This document shows positions 61,867-64,000 of a stretch of 64,000 bases of DNA, piece after piece; within the stretch, counting starts at the first letter, position 1, and every line of letters begins with the position of its first letter. The notes under the pieces were generated by a model. That model saw nothing but the letters and a program-made list of their open reading frames with translations, was not told the origin of the DNA and ran no database searches. Origin of the DNA: an uncultured delta proteobacterium. Lineage in GTDB: Bacteria > Myxococcota_A > Polyangia > Fen-1088. Position numbers and translations under genes: made by a program. The stretch lies in NCBI GenBank assembly GCA_963737265.1, contig CAVTRY010000011.1, positions 1,184,001-1,248,000 of the forward strand. Reading direction: 5' to 3'.

Positions 61867-61924
61867 CTTGTTTCACCCACCAGCTCGGGCCGAAGGCGCG
61901 ACGGAACGAACGTCCACGTCGCTG

Positions 61925-62368
61925 TCACTGCGGGCTCCGAGAACGACTGTCCGATCCATTCACGGCAAGAAATTCCTCCATGCCGCCGATAATTTGTTGC
62001 TCGCGAGCATACGAGTAGCTGCCGCAGACGATGGGCGTGGCCTGCCAGCTCTTGCCCACGAGAAGCTCGGATTGGATCACGGCAGCCGATGTCGCAGGGC
62101 CGAGCCTGACCACCAGGTGCTCACGCAGATCGGAAACTCCCATCTCCGTCCTGAAGGCAACCATCTCCGACTTCGCGGGATCTGTACGCTCGATTCGCCA
62201 ACCGTCCTTGGCCAGGTTGGCTTGCAGGTAGGCCCAGCGCTGTTGCGTGGACGTGTGCGAGGACAGAGACAGCATTCCCAAACTCTTGGTTCGCGGCTGA
62301 AGCGCGCCGCAGGCGGAAAACACCAGCGCGAATCCAAGTACAATCGTTCTGCCTGGTCGGGAATGCAT
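61925..62368 (-). CDS. Hypothetical lipoprotein
   Basis: Lipobox FSAC after a hydrophobic stretch; RBS GGAGG. Confidence 0.6.
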   Translation of the reverse strand: MHSRPGRTIVLGFALVFSACGALQPRTKSLGMLSLSSHTSTQQRWAYLQANLAKDGWRIERTDPAKSEMVAFRTEMGVSDLREHLVVRLGPATSAAVIQSELLVGKSWQATPIVCGSYSYAREQQIIGGMEEFLAVNGSDSRSRSPQ

Positions 62369-62752
62369 GATGGCCTCCGCAAGGACAGAACAGCAAGACC
62401 GGGGCCGGCTATTGGGGCCCCAAAATCAGCGACTTTGCATGCGCACCGTCGGATTTCCACCGGGCATTATGACGACGACCGCCTTTTTTTTGACGGTGAA
62501 AAATAGTAATTTAGATTACTAGAATTGAGTAGATTATAATTCCGGAGTAGCGCTGTAGCCTGTAGCCTTGGGTTGCGGGCGAAGCCCGCAGTCGGTCCCT
62601 CCGTCGGTCTTCCGCCAGGGCGCCACAAAGCTCGCGACGGAAAAGCGACACGTCAACGGCTATGGCCAATCCCGCCGCTACAAAATCATACAGGAATTTC
62701 CCATTAGCCAAGGCCAGTCCGTCCGGGCACGAACCTTGCCTTATCCCCCGAC

Positions 62753-63964
62753 ATGCTGGCGAATTCTGTCCCGTTGTCCGCGGCGAACGACACACCGGCA
62801 TCGGAGGCGCGAACCGCGCCGACAGGGTCGCGCGTGCTGGTGGCGGAGGACGACCAGCTTCAACTGCGAGCCTACGTACGCGCCCTTCGTGCCGTTGGCT
62901 TCGAGGTGGATCGCGCGGACAACGGCGAGGACGCCGTCAACTTGCTGCTGGCCAACACGTACGATGCGGTCATCTCGGACATCACGCTTCCCAAGGTCGA
63001 TGGCGTCGGCGTGCTGCAAGCCGCCCACAAGCGCGATCCCGACATGCCGGTGGTTCTCATCACCGGAACGCCAAGACTCGACACGGCCGTCGCTGCGGTC
63101 GAGCACGCGGCCTTTCGCTATCTGCTCAAGCCGCTCTCTCCGGCGCAGTTGCAGGAAGCTGCCATCTATTCGGCCCAGACGCACAGGTTGTCCGTGCTTC
63201 GTCGCATGGCCATTGCCTCGGCGGGTGAAGCTTGGAGCCCGGCAGAAGACCGCACGGGCCTTAAGCAGGTCTTCGAACGAGCGCTACAATCAATCTGGAT
63301 GGCCTACCAGCCGGTGGTGTCTTGGAAACACAAGCAGATCTTCGCCTACGAGGCCCTCCTGCGCAATGACGAGCCGACCCTTTCCAATCCTTGCGCGCTG
63401 CTGTCCGCCGCAGAACGTTTGGACCGCGTGGCCGAGGTGGGTCGGATCGTACGTAACGAAATTGCCACGCAGGTGCCCGACGCCCCAAGCCGCTTCGTGT
63501 TTGCGAATCTACACAGCCACGACCTTCTCGACGAACATCTCTACGACCCCAAATCACCGCTGTCGCAGGTCGCCGACCGCGTTGTACTGGAGGTGACCGA
63601 ACGGGCCTCCCTGGCGCTTGTCTCCGAGATCGAGGAGCGGGTGGACCGACTGCGCGCCCTCGGATTCCGCATTGCGCTCGACGATCTTGGCGCCGGCTAT
63701 TCCGGGCTTTCGAGTTTCACCACCTTGCAGCCCGAGGTGGTCAAATACGACATGTCCCTGGTCCGCGGCGTCGACAGCTCGCCCACGCGACGAAAGGTCA
63801 TCTCGTCCATGACCGCGCTTTTCGCCGAAATGGAAATGCAGGTGGTGGCCGAGGGCGTGGAAACCCCAGCCGAGCGCGACGCTCTCATCGCCCTCGGGGT
63901 CGATCTCTTGCAGGGCTATCTCTTCGCCAGGCCGGCCAGGGGCTTTGTCACGGTCGACTTCTGA
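62753..63964 (+). CDS. Response regulator with EAL c-di-GMP phosphodiesterase domain
   Basis: REC plus YQPVV, YEALLR, LEVTE, ALDDLGAGYSGL, AEGVE and QGY. Confidence 0.93.
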   Translation: MLANSVPLSAANDTPASEARTAPTGSRVLVAEDDQLQLRAYVRALRAVGFEVDRADNGEDAVNLLLANTYDAVISDITLPKVDGVGVLQAAHKRDPDMPVVLITGTPRLDTAVAAVEHAAFRYLLKPLSPAQLQEAAIYSAQTHRLSVLRRMAIASAGEAWSPAEDRTGLKQVFERALQSIWMAYQPVVSWKHKQIFAYEALLRNDEPTLSNPCALLSAAERLDRVAEVGRIVRNEIATQVPDAPSRFVFANLHSHDLLDEHLYDPKSPLSQVADRVVLEVTERASLALVSEIEERVDRLRALGFRIALDDLGAGYSGLSSFTTLQPEVVKYDMSLVRGVDSSPTRRKVISSMTALFAEMEMQVVAEGVETPAERDALIALGVDLLQGYLFARPARGFVTVDF

Positions 63965-64000
63965 CTTCGGCAACATCTCTCGTCGCCCACTGCGAGGCTG

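Noticed and set aside
62460-62750. c-di-GMP riboswitch or origin in the AT-rich region before the EAL gene
   Set aside because: No GEMM consensus or DnaA-box cluster is visible; only an AT-rich promoter-like tract and a short GCGGGC-GAA-GCCCGC hairpin.

Overview
High-GC bacterial DNA. The gene repertoire suggests a Myxococcota/Polyangia-like genome (inference). The window has two parts. (1) Bases 1 to ~15750 are an integron-type gene-cassette array on the + strand with about 13 complete or broken attC sites. It holds four toxin-antitoxin-type cassettes plus GNAT, NIPSNAP, lipoprotein and PadR/serine-hydrolase cassettes. It is heavily invaded: a tyrosine-recombinase element with a hairpin-GCGGCTTGGTTCAAC terminus fused to attC R'' boxes (two copies of the terminus); a SWIM-DDE transposon carrying a BcgI-like R-M gene; an ISAzo13 element that itself contains an ISAs1-like MITE; an ORF-less class C group II intron in sense orientation; and an IS110 remnant. 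No canonical IntI can be confirmed, because the only recombinase runs off the left edge. (2) ~15750 to 64000 is chromosomal backbone: tex, hemY, guaA/guaB, a TetR-TolC-MFP-RND efflux operon, a PP2C/Ser-Thr kinase/Amt/APC-permease cluster, a sulfatase-like gene, a collapsed recG pseudogene, tRNA-Cys and a two-component/c-di-GMP signalling cluster. All calls come from manual reading and motif recognition; no database searches were run.
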